From Octopus sinensis (taxonomy: Eukaryota): a stretch of 64,000 nt of DNA. The notes beneath the pieces were generated by a model. It saw only the letters and a program-made list of their open reading frames with translations, did no database searches and was not told the origin of the DNA. Below, piece after piece: positions 39,887 to 54,112 of the stretch. Each line of letters opens with the position of its first letter. Position 1 is the first letter of the stretch. Both the position numbers and the translations under genes were made by a program. Location: contig NC_043009.1 of NCBI RefSeq assembly GCF_006345805.1, positions 30,380,001-30,444,000 on the forward strand, written 5' to 3'.

Positions 39887-40488
39887 ATCAAAATAAGCAA
39901 CAGGATATCAAGAGGTGATGCAGTATGACCTTTTCAAGTGGCTCCATTTAATTGAACAATGCAATGATTACATCAATTTAAATGCAATGCTATCCTCAGC
40001 TGCATAAATAAATAGAATTTTTAATCAGTTGGACGCATTAATATAATTTTACTTGAATTCTCTAATGGAGCAAGAAGAGGGAAAGAGTCCATGTTGCTAC
40101 TAATGTAGCTAAGAATATACCACACTACTAAGAACTGCATGAAGTTTGTTAGGGGTCATAGCTTATAAAGGATTGTGGTTCGTTTTTAATCTATTTGTCT
40201 TTTTTTTATCAACTATGACCCTAACAAACTTCATACAATTCTTAGTAGTGTGGTATATTCTTAGCTACATTAGTAGCAACATCGAATCTTTCCCTCTTCT
40301 TGCTCTTATTAGAGAATTCGAGTAAAAATAATATTAATGTGTCCAACTGATTAAAAATTCTATTTATTTATGCAGCTGAGGATAGCCTTGCATTTAAATT
40401 GATGTAATCATTGCATTGTTCAATTAAATGGAGCTGCTTGAAACTGTCGTACTGCATCACCTCTTGATATCCTGTTGCTTATTTTGAT
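39887..40488. mobile_element. 600 bp palindromic fold-back element (MITE-like)
   Basis: Arms 39887-40161 and 40213-40488 are ~94% reverse-complementary; 51 nt loop. Confidence 0.9.
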
Positions 40489-42947
40489 GTTATTCTCCTT
40501 ACTTTGTGTTGTACGGATAATATCGCACTGACTTGGTGTTTCAATTTAAGTACCTAATTCAACTGAATCTCAATTCTATATATATATATATACACACACA
40601 CACATATGTATGTATGTAACTACTTGGACTTTGGGTATATGTCTGTTTGTATGTTTATTAAAGCACATTCACCATTCGGGCTACCTGATGCCATCCACAG
40701 TAATGGTATAATTTTCAGTGGGTCTATGTCAAGAAATTCAGTGTTAGTTTAGTTTATAGTTGATAAAGAAATGGAAGATGGATTTAGTATGAATCTTTAT
40801 TGATACTACGTTCATCTCCTGTTTTCTTCATCAATTATGTATGTATGCATGCATGGAGGTATGTATATAAATGAATGTGTATATATGAGAAAATGCCAGA
40901 TAACCTGGCACATATTACCAAGTTTTACATATCTGTGGGTCATATTCAATATGAGACTAATATATACCGAACAAAAGGTAATAGTTTTTGAAACTAATAT
41001 CAAAATATTTTATGAGTATTATATTTTATATGAGACTAATAGGTACAGAATTTAAAATAACACATCTGAAATTATCAAATATTTTAAAAATCATAAACTT
41101 ATTTGCAGATGTCATAAAAAGAAGCAGTAAAAATATGTAGAAATGAAAGATGACATTTTTGTATTCATTCTGCTACCCTTACTGGACTTGTTTGTTTTCT
41201 CCTATAAATTAGTGTCTTTTTTGTTGTTGGTTTTTGTATTCTGTAATCTGTGTCATTCTCATCTATTAAAATGTTAGTGAAATTAACTTATTTCTATTGA
41301 ATATGTCATAGGATAAAATGAATCGTAAATATTTAATTAATATTATAACTTAAAGTTCACTTTGTTGATTATCAGATTTAAATTTTATGTATGTATGTAT
41401 GTATGTATGAATGAGTATTATGTGTGTGTATGTATGCATGTTTGTGTGTGTGTATTTTCTTTTGGTTTTATATTCAATTTATTTCAGTTTTCAATTGATA
41501 AAATTGATACAGCTAACATGGTGAAGAGAAGTGATGAAATTAAGTGTTTAAGGATATGGTTCGTTGACATGTGCTCTCCATGTTGCATTTGGAGATGAAC
41601 AAATTGAAGAGTTTGCAGTCATACATTAGAATTACTTGCCTTTATATTGAAATTGAAATCTCTACAAAAAGAAGGATATAAATTCTTGAAAAACTTCACT
41701 GAAAAACATGCTTATAGAAAATGAAAAATAATTTTGATGAATAAACTTCATTTTAAACAGAAATGTGAAATCTAGAGATTTGTTATTGAAAACCCAAACA
41801 TCAAATACATATATTTCAATATAGATCACACATTACAGTGTTCATATTTACTGTACATACTTCACATATATAATTATGGGGTTTTTAATATTATTTTCAT
41901 TATGTGATATCACTTATATTCTCCTTTTTACTCGATATCCCTTTCATACAAATAAAAATTTCAACTCTATATTTTGTTTGTTTACATTATTCTGTAGCAT
42001 CAATGTTTTATTTCATTTTTTAAATTTTTTCCCTGAGCTGCTATAAGTAAATACATACACTGATAAAAATATTGCATATTATTTACATACAATCTTCTTT
42101 TATTCTGTTATTTGCAGATATTTATTGCAAGGTATTTCAGCAATCTTAATATTTCTCTTCTATCTTAAATTAAATTGACTTTTTTCTGCTTGATTTAAAT
42201 GTAGCATTTTTTAAGAAATTTTATTTTTATTTTTTTCTAACAACTGTTTTGAAAACTTCATTGAGAAACGAGTGTTCACATGAATTACTGTATATACATA
42301 CATACATACACACATACATACATACATACATACATACATACATACATACATACATACATACACACACAATCGTATATACATATATATAAATATATATATA
42401 CATATATATGTATATATTTATATATATATTCCTATATAATTATATACATATATGTGCATGTATGTATGAATATATGCATATATCTTATGTCTGTTTGTTT
42501 ATCTTTATATCTTATAAATTCAAGATGATGAAGCCAAAAATACACTTCTTTTGTGTTATTCAGTTCCATCTTATCGATAACAAGATTCTAATTTACGACA
42601 TAATCTCTTTATAGTTTTATGAGTTCTCAATGTTGTATTAATATTTGGTTTTTGTACACATGAAAAGAAATACATTTATCAACAGCAAGTTCAGAAATAT
42701 AGTCACATTACATTAATATAGAATAGTAGTAATTTTGAGTCTGTCGCAGAATTGCATATTGCTATGTTGTTGGCATAGCAGCTAATGATGTGATGGCTTC
42801 TACATAGCTCAGAACTGAATTTGCTCTATATTATTCACTTATTAAACTTCAGCACTTCTTTCCTAATATTCTTTGGCCTTCTTTAGACCACAGTCACCTG
42901 ATACTGTCAGAATATGGCAGGACATTTATCCTTCACTGTCACCCATG

Positions 42948-43110
42948 AGGCCAACCAGGAACCCGCTGGCTTGACACCATCAAGAGTGATACTGGAATGG
43001 ACAAAGCCAATCTGAAAGAAGCGGCACAGGATAGAACTGACTGGAGGACACTGATCCAACGAGTAACAGAGAGTCGACTTCAACTGAGCGGATAGATAGA
43101 TAGATAGATA
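42948..43110 (+). mobile_element. 5'-truncated BovB-like RTE 3' end with (GATA)n tail and 10 bp TSD
   Basis: Encodes GTRWLDTIKSDTGMDKANLKEAAQDRTDWRTLIQRVTESRLQLSG*; gtcacccatg is duplicated at 42938-42947 and 43111-43120. Confidence 0.85.
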
Positions 43111-44425
43111 GTCACCCATGTCTATTAATATTACAGTTAGCCACAAACAGCTGCCGCTATTAATAATAAGTTCTTTTGTCTTTTAAATCACTTTCACCTT
43201 TATGATATCTTTGGAGGGTCATTATGCCCATAAAAACACATACTTGTCCCATTTCACTTCTTTATTATTATTATCAGTCAACTAATTAATCATCTAATCT
43301 GTTAAATAATCAGTTGTTTGATTAAATGTGTACTCAATGAAGCATCTAAGTTCATTAGACTTGGAGTAGAGCGATTACGTCTTTCATGTGGTTGTGAATA
43401 GTAATAAAAGGTCTTTGACAGATGCAGTGACCAACAAATTGACCAAACTTTTAATAAAACAATTTATTTTCTAATTGGTTAAACAAGCTGACTAATATTA
43501 ATAATAATAATAAGGAAATAGAATCAGTACATGTGTTTATTAGAAGCATAATGACCCTCCCAAGATAAAACAAAAACTTGCTTTGACATGTGATTTCTCA
43601 TCAAAAATATTTCAAGCCAACTACACAAAAATCAATAGCTCTTCTTTCCTCTTCGAGCAAGAAAGCACTGTGTGCTTGTTTCAAGGTATTTAATGAAGGC
43701 CATCACATCAACAAGTAACTGTTGCATATCCCACAGATCTTACCCAACAGATTTCTCATTAATTTTTGCAAATATTTCACATTTGATTCTCATATTCAGC
43801 AACCATTCAAATACTTGGTTTGTAGAATGTGACTTTTGGAAAAACAGAAAGAGAGGGGGAGAAAAGGAGACTTAGAAAGGCAGGAACAGAGAGAGAGAAG
43901 AAAACATAGAAAGAGAAAGAGAGAAGAGAGAGAAAAAGAGAAGTTCTATTTAGTTAGTAGAGGTAACAATCTGAACTTCTCACTTATTATTCTGTTTTAC
44001 ATAATAAATTTGTTACTTTAGACACAATGGCATTATTTCTGTGATAGAGTATATGGTATTGAATTCAACATTGTATATTTCTAGGACTAAATTCTCCTAT
44101 TGACCTTAGATTAGTGAAAGATAAAGTCAGCCAATCAGGAATTCAACTAACAACAATGATTTCCAAAGCTACACAATGTTGAATATCAAAGTTGGTGTGA
44201 CGCTATTATAATTTAGCGACCACCTCCACCTCCAGCTTCACTTAGGTCCTTAACATAAGAGAAAACATTCAAATATATATATATATTTAAACTAAACTTA
44301 AAAGAGCAACAGAACACAAGAATGACATTCAAAAGAATAGGATGTTGTTGCTGTTGTCATCATCACCACCACCACCATCATCATCATCACCACCACCATT
44401 CCCCTCATACATATTATCATCAGCA

Positions 44426-44742
44426 TGGGCATGTGGCTTAGTGGTTAGTGTATTTGTCCCATGATCATAAGTTTGTGAGTTTGATCTCAGCTGCATGTTG
44501 CATCCTCGAGCAAGACACTTTATTTCATGTTGCTGCAGTCCACTCAGCCGGCAAAAGTGAGGAGTACCTGTATTTCAAAGAGCCAGCTGTGTCACATTTG
44601 GTGCCACTCTGAATCTCTTTCAGAGCTACATTCAAGGTATGCATGTCTGTGGAGTGCTCAACCATCCACACAGCTTTAGGAGCAGACTGTTTAGTAGATT
44701 ACATCAACTGGAACAGACATCATTGTAACCAATGCAGAGCCA
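44426..44742 (+). mobile_element. tRNA-derived SINE family D (diverged)
   Basis: gggcatgtggcttagtggttag...gagcaagacac...cacatttggtgccactctgaatc. Confidence 0.8.
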
Positions 44743-44814
44743 GTTGCAGTCATCATCATCATGATCATGATCATTATCATTTTATTGTCTACTATGCCAT
44801 ACTCACATGAGTCA

Positions 44815-45128
44815 GAGTTTGGAGGGAAGGGACAAGTCAATTACATCAGCCCAGTGTTCAACTGGTACTTACGTTATCAAACCTATAAAATTGAAAGGTA
44901 AAGTCCACCTTGGCAACATTTGAACACATAATGTAAAGCTGGAAGAAATGCTGCAAAGCATTTTTCCTGCTATGATGCTGATTGTGCGAACCTATTGCAT
45001 TCAAGCCCAAAATTTTTAGGGAGGAGTCCAATCAATTAGATCAACCCCCAGTATGCAACTGATACTTAATTTATCGACTCCGAAAGTATGAAAGGCAAAG
45101 TTAACCTCGGCAGGAATTTGAACTCAAG
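44815..45128 (-). mobile_element. two tandem SINE family A copies
   Basis: aactggtacttacgttatcaaacc...gaaaggtaaagtccacc and actgatacttaatttatcgactccgaaagtatgaaaggcaaagttaacctcggc. Confidence 0.8.
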
Positions 45129-45486
45129 CCATCTGGATAATGGGAAATTGTAACCTGTAACATGGTGATTCATGCCATGCATCAAAATGTGGACATCATG
45201 ACTGCTGCTCAATGCTCTGTGAATAGTGCAAATGTTGTATGATGTAACATGGACAGCTGCAATGCTGACTATGAGGCCTTGGCTAGTAGGAATGTATTTC
45301 CCATTGAGAAAAACTAAAAGAGCCAAAAATGGGAATCTAGGAATCCACAAGATGGAAGAACATGGCAGATATGTTTTTACATTTTTTTTTACCATAAGAG
45401 AGAATTTTTTGATCATGGTAACTGCAGTGGATTTACATTTAGAAGATATAATGTGTCACAAACATATTTCAACTAACCTAAATTTG

Positions 45487-45548
<62 letters not shown>

Positions 45549-46149
45549 GTTAAACCAAACAAGAAAACACAAAAAAGCAATGCGAGGACGTGGAACAAAT
45601 AAAGTATTATTGGATGCTCAAGAAAGAAGGGGAGGAGGGTTTAACATTTCGAGCGGAGCTCTTTGTCGGAAACAAAGGAGAAGGAAACAATATATATATA
45701 TATATATTATATATATATATATAATATATATATATATATATAATATATATGTAAGATAATCTCATAGATTAGAAACTCAGGGTATTTTCAGTACAGCACT
45801 CAAGCTGAGTGCGACGTTATCTACACTCTTTAATAAGGGTCTGAAGGAAGATGAAAAATCTGCTAGTGTAGAAAACTTGGATACAACACTGGTAGATTCA
45901 ATGGGCAGGTTTACTTTCAGTTTCCCTCTACCAAACCCACTCACAAAACATTTGTTACCCAGGACCTTTGTAGAAAACACATTCACATGGTATCGTGCAA
46001 TGGGACTGAACTTGGATCTCTATGGTTGGGAAGCAAACTTCTTAACACAAATAAATTCTCAATCAAAAAATCAAAAACATTTTATAAAAGTTAGATGTCA
46101 CAAACATGATGATGGCTCTCACAGAAATTGTCTTGCTATACTAACATCA

Positions 46150-46181
<32 letters not shown>

Positions 46182-47437
46182 GAATAGATAAATAGATATA
46201 TATATATACACACATAAATGTATAAAACATTTTCTATGATGTACAGCTGAAGAGAAAGAAGTCAGGACAGTATGGAGCTCATTAGCATATGTTTGGCCAC
46301 ATTCCCAGGATAAAGCACAAATCTTCTGTGAATAAATACTGATCGATTAATTTAATACAAGAGAAGCTTGAGAAATTCCACAGAGGAGAAACAGAACTGT
46401 CCATCAATCACTTTGTTTAAGAAACTCATTTTAAGAAGGATTGCGGTGACTAAACAGACCATGTTGTCCTAAATGATAAACTGGCAGAGTTGTTAGAGAG
46501 CTAGATAAATCACCTTGCAGTATTAATAAGGATTCACAGCAAACTGAGTTCAAATCTTGCCAGGGTCGAACTTTAGTGTTTCCCCTTTCAGGTTGATAAA
46601 TACATTATTAGTTTAGACTGGTGAATTGGCAGAGTTGCTGAAATATTGGAAAATGCTTTGTCCATTTATGATCTGGGTTCAAATTCTGCCAAGGAATTCA
46701 AATCTAAATAATCTGATCTCAAGATCACAAGATCACAAATGATTATTAAATTTAATATAGGTGGAGATTAATTGCACCTTACACAAATAATTTACATGGT
46801 AATGAAAATGATAAAAAACAAAGGTGATGACAATGACGACGACAGTGATGATGATGATGATGATGACTATGAGGGGAGGATGCAGATGAGGAGAATGATG
46901 AAGAAGGCAATGATGAGAATGATGGCAATAATGAGATGAAGACAAATTCAATGAGTGCAGTCAGGGTGAGGATGATGGTGATGGTGATGATCACAATGAT
47001 AATAATGGTGAATATGCTAACATGTCCAAAATAAAACTAACAATTACAAGCTTTGCCTTTTACAGAAGACTGATCACTGAAAAAGTATGGAAAGAATCCG
47101 CCTTGTGTCTCCATAACATAAAATTGTTCGAGAGCTGTTCAAATTAGATGCCCAGCATAAAGTTAACATAAAGTTGAAGATCAATGAAAAAGAGAATACA
47201 CATGCTGAACTATTGAAAAATCAGTAATTACTATATTTAGATTTCAAGTTCAGGTTCGTACTTATAATTATTGGGGCCCTGCAATATGTAACACGCTGCC
47301 TAAATACCAGCCTTGGGAACTTAGGAGAAAGTATAAAGCTGATTTGAAGACAACAGACCCAATCCATCATTGGAACTGAATCCCTGAACCCAGAACCATG
47401 TGGTTAGGAAGCAAGCTTCTTACCACACAGTGACAAG

Positions 47438-47482
47438 CCCACTTTTCTGTTATTGTTTTCTAAAGAATTTGGTACCCAGGTC

Positions 47483-47485
<3 letters not shown>
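47438..47485 (+). repeat. 48 bp direct repeat, copy 1 (partner 49073-49120)
   Basis: cccacttttctgtt(a/g)ttgttttctaaagaatttg(g/a)t(a/g)cccaggtcata, 45/48 identical; inverted 17 bp partial copy at 47809-47825. Confidence 0.95.
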
Positions 47486-47537
<52 letters not shown>

Positions 47538-47747
47538 AGATCGTTAGCTACTATACACATTTTTTTTCTCTACTTGTTTTTTCTGTGTACCTTTCTGTAG
47601 AATAGCGTAGGCTCGAAATATAAAAGACTTTTTCTATTCATGAGCGCTATTCTAATACATCTGTTTGTTTGTACACCACCTGCCTTCGTCTTTTGTTAAT
47701 TTTCGTAAACTTTCCCTTTATATATATATATATATATAATATATATA

Positions 47748-47794
<47 letters not shown>

Positions 47795-49520
47795 AAGATA
47801 TATGCATCTATGACCTGGGCATCAATTACATACATTTATATAGTAAATCTAAAAACAGAAGTACAATAGACACAAAATACAACAAAACAAGAGTGTGGTA
47901 CATGTAAAGTATTAATAGACACTCAGGGAAGGAAAGAAAGATGGTTTAATGTTTCAAGCAGCACTCTTCTTCAGAAACAGAGCAAAGTCCAATAGAAAAG
48001 GAAGATGGAGGAAGAAAACCACCGACTATTCACATGTGGCTATATACATACATATATATATATATATTATATATATAATATATGTATATATTATATATAA
48101 GCTATATATATTATATATAAGTGTGCACAAACATACACACACACACATACATGCACACACATATATACACATATATATGGGGAAGAAAGAGCAGTAGAAA
48201 GATAAAGAGAGAGAAATGGAGAGAAAGAGAATGAGAGAGTGAGACACACACACACACACACACACACTGACAAATAGACAGACAGACAATCAGATGTAAT
48301 TTCTGAAAGGTAAATATTTTACTTCAGTCTGATGACTGGCGATTTTCAGAATCTATTGTTAATATGTAAAACATCTTACAAAAGAGATTTGTTAATCCTA
48401 CACGATTTGAGTTCATCTTTTCTGAAAGGAATATTTTATAAGGTTTTGCAATGAAAGCTGCTTACAATATAAGACAATTCTTGGCCAAAAGGGATGATTT
48501 TCTCTTTCATTAACAACAACAGAAATCTACAATTTTGAGGGGATTATGTGAAGAAAGAATTAAGTGTTATTTAAGTGAATTGAGATATCACAATGTGATT
48601 GTTTTTGAATTTAGACACACTGCCTTTCTTCACAGGAGCTATGTTAATATGAATGAAGATGAATATGTACAAAGTTAGCAGCATTACAGACTTTAAGGTT
48701 TACTGCGGTCACAATATATCAAATATATTACTAGAGGCATAGGAAAGGAAGGTGATAGACACAGCAAATGAAGGGAAAAATAGATAAAGAAGGGTTTGAA
48801 CTAATAACCTAGCAGTCCAGTTTTTAAGCTAATTACCCCCAAGGCCATTTTATTCATTGCCAGTCAAGTAAATCATAATTACAATAATTAATCATTATTC
48901 ATATACTTCAGTTATATCTGTTGGAAATTCCAAATAAATATCTACCTGTACTTTTTCCTTGCAACAGTTCCACACTTCTCGAGAATATTTACATTTACCA
49001 TTCCTTCATTTCAAAGTAAACAGAATTATTAATAAGCAAGAGTCAATATAATTAACTAAGCTTTGTTTAATTCCCACTTTTCTGTTGTTGTTTTCTAAAG
49101 AATTTGATGCCCAGGTCATAATCGGATTTCGTACGAACGCACCCATGTTCTGCTGATCAACGAACAAGAAACTCAATATTGATAATCAGACTCTAAGTAG
49201 CAATGTTTATTATAAGTTAGAGGTAAACAAAGTCTGGTAATTATCGTTGGCTGACTAATGAACGAAGGTAATCAAACTACATACAAAAACAAAGGAAAGG
49301 AAGAAAGAGACGATTTATGTAATGCCATAAACAGTTCCTTCCAGTAACAGAGGAAATTCAGATACACAAACTTACAGACTCCTTCATTAGTTCTCAGTGA
49401 GTTTATTAGTTTGTTTAATTTACTTGCAAATACACACATGCAGTTGCAATCAGACAGACTGACGCACACGTACACATGTTTGTGTATCTGTGTGTTTAAT
49501 ATATATATATGTGTGTGTGG

Positions 49521-49551
<31 letters not shown>

Positions 49552-49607
49552 CAAAGCCAGAGATATATATAGATATATATTTATATATGAATACATCTCT
49601 CTCTCTC

Positions 49608-49671
<64 letters not shown>

Positions 49672-49994
49672 TATAACAATGAGGGTCTTTGCAACAAGTT
49701 GCTAGACCACATACCGAAAGTATTAGAAATAGCAGCCAGAGGACTGATATTACTTTTACTACCAAAAATGTCCCCATCGACAAAAGTATTTGTAACTCAT
49801 TATATGGCAAAAAAAACGAAGAAAAATAACGAAATCAAACGCATACACACACATGCTGTCAGATTTATATGGAATGTACACAAAACATCATCATTTTGCA
49901 GGGTCATGAAACGACACGGGGAGTATATGCAATCATATATACACACACACACACCACAAAAACACAATACACATACATGAACATAGTATGTGTG

Positions 49995-50069
<75 letters not shown>

Positions 50070-50071
<2 letters not shown>

Positions 50072-50590
50072 TCATCATCATTTTACTTCCATTGTCTATA
50101 CTGGCATGGGTGGACAGTTTGACCAGGACTGGCACACTGCAGAGTTGCACTAGACCTCAGTCTGATTTGGCATGGTTTCTACAGCTGGATTCCCTTCCTA
50201 ACACCATCACTCCAAGAGTGTATGAGTGCTTTTACATACCACCGGCACATGTGTCATTTTCATGCCACCAGTTTCTGCTACAACTGCAATTTTATTTAAC
50301 TTGATGGGTCTTCTCAAATATGGCATAATGCCAAAGGCCTCAGTCATTTGTCATTGCCTCTGTCAGGCCCAACACTGGAAAGGTGCTTTTCACATGCCAC
50401 CGGCATCAACCACTTTGCCTCCATGAGGCCCAGCGTTCTAAGATCATGCTTCACTACCTCACCCAATATCTACTTACCACAGGTTCCCTCTACAGCTAGA
50501 GATCAGCTCTTCTTTACACAGCTGTCCTTGTCCATATGCATCACATGACTTTACCAGCACAGTCATCTTTCTTGCACACCACATCTGATG
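50070..50590 (-). mobile_element. 5'-truncated RTE LINE copy (ORF C-terminus plus 3' UTR)
   Basis: Minus strand reads SLAVEGTCG...EVVKHDLRTLGL, then the family C tail and (GAT)n. Confidence 0.8.
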
Positions 50591-50640
50591 CCTCTTATGC
50601 CCATATATATATACATATATAAACATATATACATACATAT

Positions 50641-50689
<49 letters not shown>

Positions 50690-51164
50690 ATGACTATACA
50701 CAGAGCTTCAGTCCAACAGTTTCACCCAAAAAGCTATGTAAAATTAAACGCATTTGTGGAACAGACATGATAGCAGAAGCAACATGCTGTATCAGGAACT
50801 CAAACATGTATGTATATATGCAAGCATGTATGTAGTATGTATGAATTCATGTTTCTGCAAGTGTATGTTTGTAACACCTCTTGACATTGCTTGACAGCTA
50901 TAATTGTGTTTCATTCCCACACATGCAATGTTATTCATTTCCAATGTTTTGCAAAAAAACATTCGTAAAACTGTTCCAATCACTTAAAGTGTCTGGAAGT
51001 TGCGAAAGTTGGAAATTTATTGGAAGCCAATCTTCAAGCACTGAGACTTATGAAAGAGATGACTAAAGACTAAGATATTTGGCACATTGCTATACTCAAG
51101 AGGACCCATCCTTACAATGGGACTGATATTCTAAAAGCATATTTCTACATAAAATCTGCTGGTG

Positions 51165-51450
51165 TTATGTAAAGAAGCAATTGTGCTGGTGCCATTTAAA
51201 AAAGCACTTGTGATGGTGCCACTTAAAAAGCTCTGGTGCTGGTGTCACATACAATGCACTGGTGCCAGTGTCACGTAAAAAGTACTCACTACTCTCTGTA
51301 AAGTGGTTGGCCTTAAAAAGAGTATCTAGCTGTAGAAACAAAGTCAAAACAGACTATGATATCTGGTTCAGCCCCTAGCCAGCCAGCTCCTGTTAAGCTG
51401 TTCATCCTGTGCCAGTATGGAAAACAGTCGTTAAACGATATAGAGGATGA
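51165..51450 (+). mobile_element. RTE 3'-tail copy
   Basis: gtgccagtgtcacgtaaaaagtactcactactctctgtaaagtggttggc...agtatggaaaacagtcgttaaacgat. Confidence 0.75.
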
Positions 51451-51584
51451 TTACATTCCTTGGAAACATGTCAGAGTTTGTGACAGGAAGAAAATCCAAC
51501 TTCAGAATCTACCCCAATGAACTCCACCCAACCATAGAAAAGTAATGTTTAAAATGACGAAGTTGATGATAATATATGTGTATA

Positions 51585-51726
51585 TCATCGTCGTCATCAT
51601 TTAGCGTCCAATTTCCATGCTAGCATGGGCTGGACGGTTCAACTGGGGTCTGGGAAGCCAGAAGGCTGCACCAGGCCCAGTCTGATCTGGCAATGTTTCT
51701 ATGGCTGGATGCCCTTCCTAACGCCA
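51585..51726 (-). mobile_element. RTE 3'-tail copy
   Basis: catcatttagcgtccaatttccatgctagcatgggctggacgg...ggatgcccttcctaacgcca. Confidence 0.85.
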
Positions 51727-53265
51727 GGGTATATATGTTTATATATACACTTATATGCTCATATATATGCTCAATAGTAAATACACATTATCCCATGAAT
51801 TTCCAAGATTGACCAACAACTGGCATTTATTTTCTTTCTCTGTCTATGACCAGAGACAAATATTGAAATAAGATAAAGTCTGTAAACATCATGCATGTCT
51901 GCTACTGGCTGAAGAAGATTTCTTCAGAAGCTGGAATATAAACTGAGGAGCGGTTCTGTTACTGCCATATTTCTCTTCCTGGATTCTGATATGTTTGACA
52001 AGCTTTTAATTATTTCATATTTCAAAATGATTTCTTGATTAAAATCATGTTGTTTGCTGTGCATATATGTGTGTGTGTGAATGTGTGTGCGTGTGTGTAT
52101 GTGCGTGTGCGGTACATTTACAAATAGTTATGTGCATATGTTATGTGTAGTAGTGTACCTATCTATGTATTTATATCCATGGTTGTAGAGGTAGTTGTGT
52201 GTATCTGTGAATGTATATCCACCCATAAATATACAGCTTCTTGTACATCTGTATAGAGTGTGAATGAATAACATAGAGTGGGAAGAGGAGCATATGTATC
52301 AGAATATACATACATATATATATATAAAGACAGGCAGACAGTTAAATAGACAGACAGACAGACAAATAACAGACAGTCAGACAGATAGATAGACAGATAG
52401 AAAGATAGATAGGGATAGAAAGATGGAAAGACAGACAGACAGACAGATAGATATAAATATTTGTGTATATGAATATATGTGTATATGAGTGGCTTTGCAT
52501 ATATAGCTGATCATGTCGGAGGTGTTTCTCAGGATATATACCTGAGCATCTGCATGTTAGTGTGAGGTTAGGTGTATATATTTCTATGTTTGAATATGAG
52601 TGGCTGTAAATATATTTGTAATACGTGTATTAGTGTTTGTGTAAATGTGTCTGCTTGACAGAGTATATGTGTAAATGTATAGGCGCAAGTGTGATTGTGT
52701 GGTTAGAAGTTTCCTTCCAAACCACATTGTTCTCGGTTCAATTCCACCACATGATGGCAATCAGAGTGTTTTTGATGTATAGTCTAGCTGACCAAAATCC
52801 TGTGTGTGGATTCAGTAGATGAAATCAAAGAGCTTAAAGAACCACAGAGAATATATATATATAGGATATCCCTTAATACGGCGCAACTCATTAGCGTTCA
52901 TAAGGACCGATAAGAATATAAATAAGAATGGAGAACAAATTTCAAAAGTCAGATCCCTTTATCAAATTAAATCACTATGCCTCTTACTCATGTTCATATA
53001 CAGTGTCAATTCAAGTACACAAATACAAATTATGAAAGCGTACAATACATAAATGTGCCTGCATTAAAACATTTGGTATTAAGCATTAAAATTTTATGAA
53101 CCAATGATGAAGTTAGACGGTAGGAATCCAATGGGAGCAGAGGTATACGATGAATTAGGATGAAACTTTAGTGAGTACATATTCTTATGATCCTTTCAAA
53201 AAATTGTGGTTTGAAATGGGCAAGTTTTCCATCCAAAACAATTGACCACATTTCTCTCATCAAAG

Positions 53266-53311
<46 letters not shown>

Positions 53312-53529
53312 TATATATATATATATATAAATAAATGAAAGAATGGAGTTGAACGACGATTTAACATTCCATTCTTTCATTCATTTATTTGTATTAAAAA
53401 ACACACAAATTTCCACACGAAAGCACGTGATCTCTGCCCCTGGCATGTAGCTTCAACCGTGTTTTTCTGACGTGAATTTGCTACCCAGGTATCGGTTAAC
53501 CGAATTATCCAAACTAAGATAATTCATTC

Positions 53530-53572
<43 letters not shown>

Positions 53573-54112
53573 TATATAATAGGGTTCAGCAAAAAAATTG
53601 CTTTACCACACACCGAACTTTTAGAAATAGCAGCCAAAGAATTTAGCTATTTCTTCTACTTTAAGAAGAGTCTCCCAGACAATGTATACTCGAAAACATT
53701 ACACGTCGGTAAAGAGGGAAAATAATTGGGGACTAATTTTCAGAGTTGTTCCCCACTTGCAGGTGTTTCTGAACAAGTCGTTCATATTTGTTTCATTTTC
53801 TCCATTTGTGCATTTGTAGATTTCTCCTGAAGCAATAAACAAGCAATGAAGGCAAATGAAGCCTTCACCAGGAAACTCGTTTTGCTAAAAATAACAGCAA
53901 AAGCTATGATACACAGAAATATGTTATTAAGACGACTTATCTGTTGCATGCGATTTTTTTTTTCACTTTAAGTAAATTCCCAGGTAAACGTTTCTAATAG
54001 AAAGGCAGAAGACACCAGAAGCAAACATAAGGAATACATACGCACAATTAAATATAGAAGTGTAAAGCATAATTTGTTAAATAATCTTGGTTAATTTGGT
54101 AAATTTTTATAT

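Noticed and set aside
42118-42131. 14 nt segment with strong acceptor and gtattt donor (micro-exon?)
   Set aside because: Cannot be placed in any transcript from sequence alone.
43600-43835. Minus-strand protein-like frame (STNQVFEWLLNMRIKCEIF...) with a gtaaga donor
   Set aside because: The only acceptor is an AAG after a microsatellite-derived pyrimidine run, and no homology is recognised.
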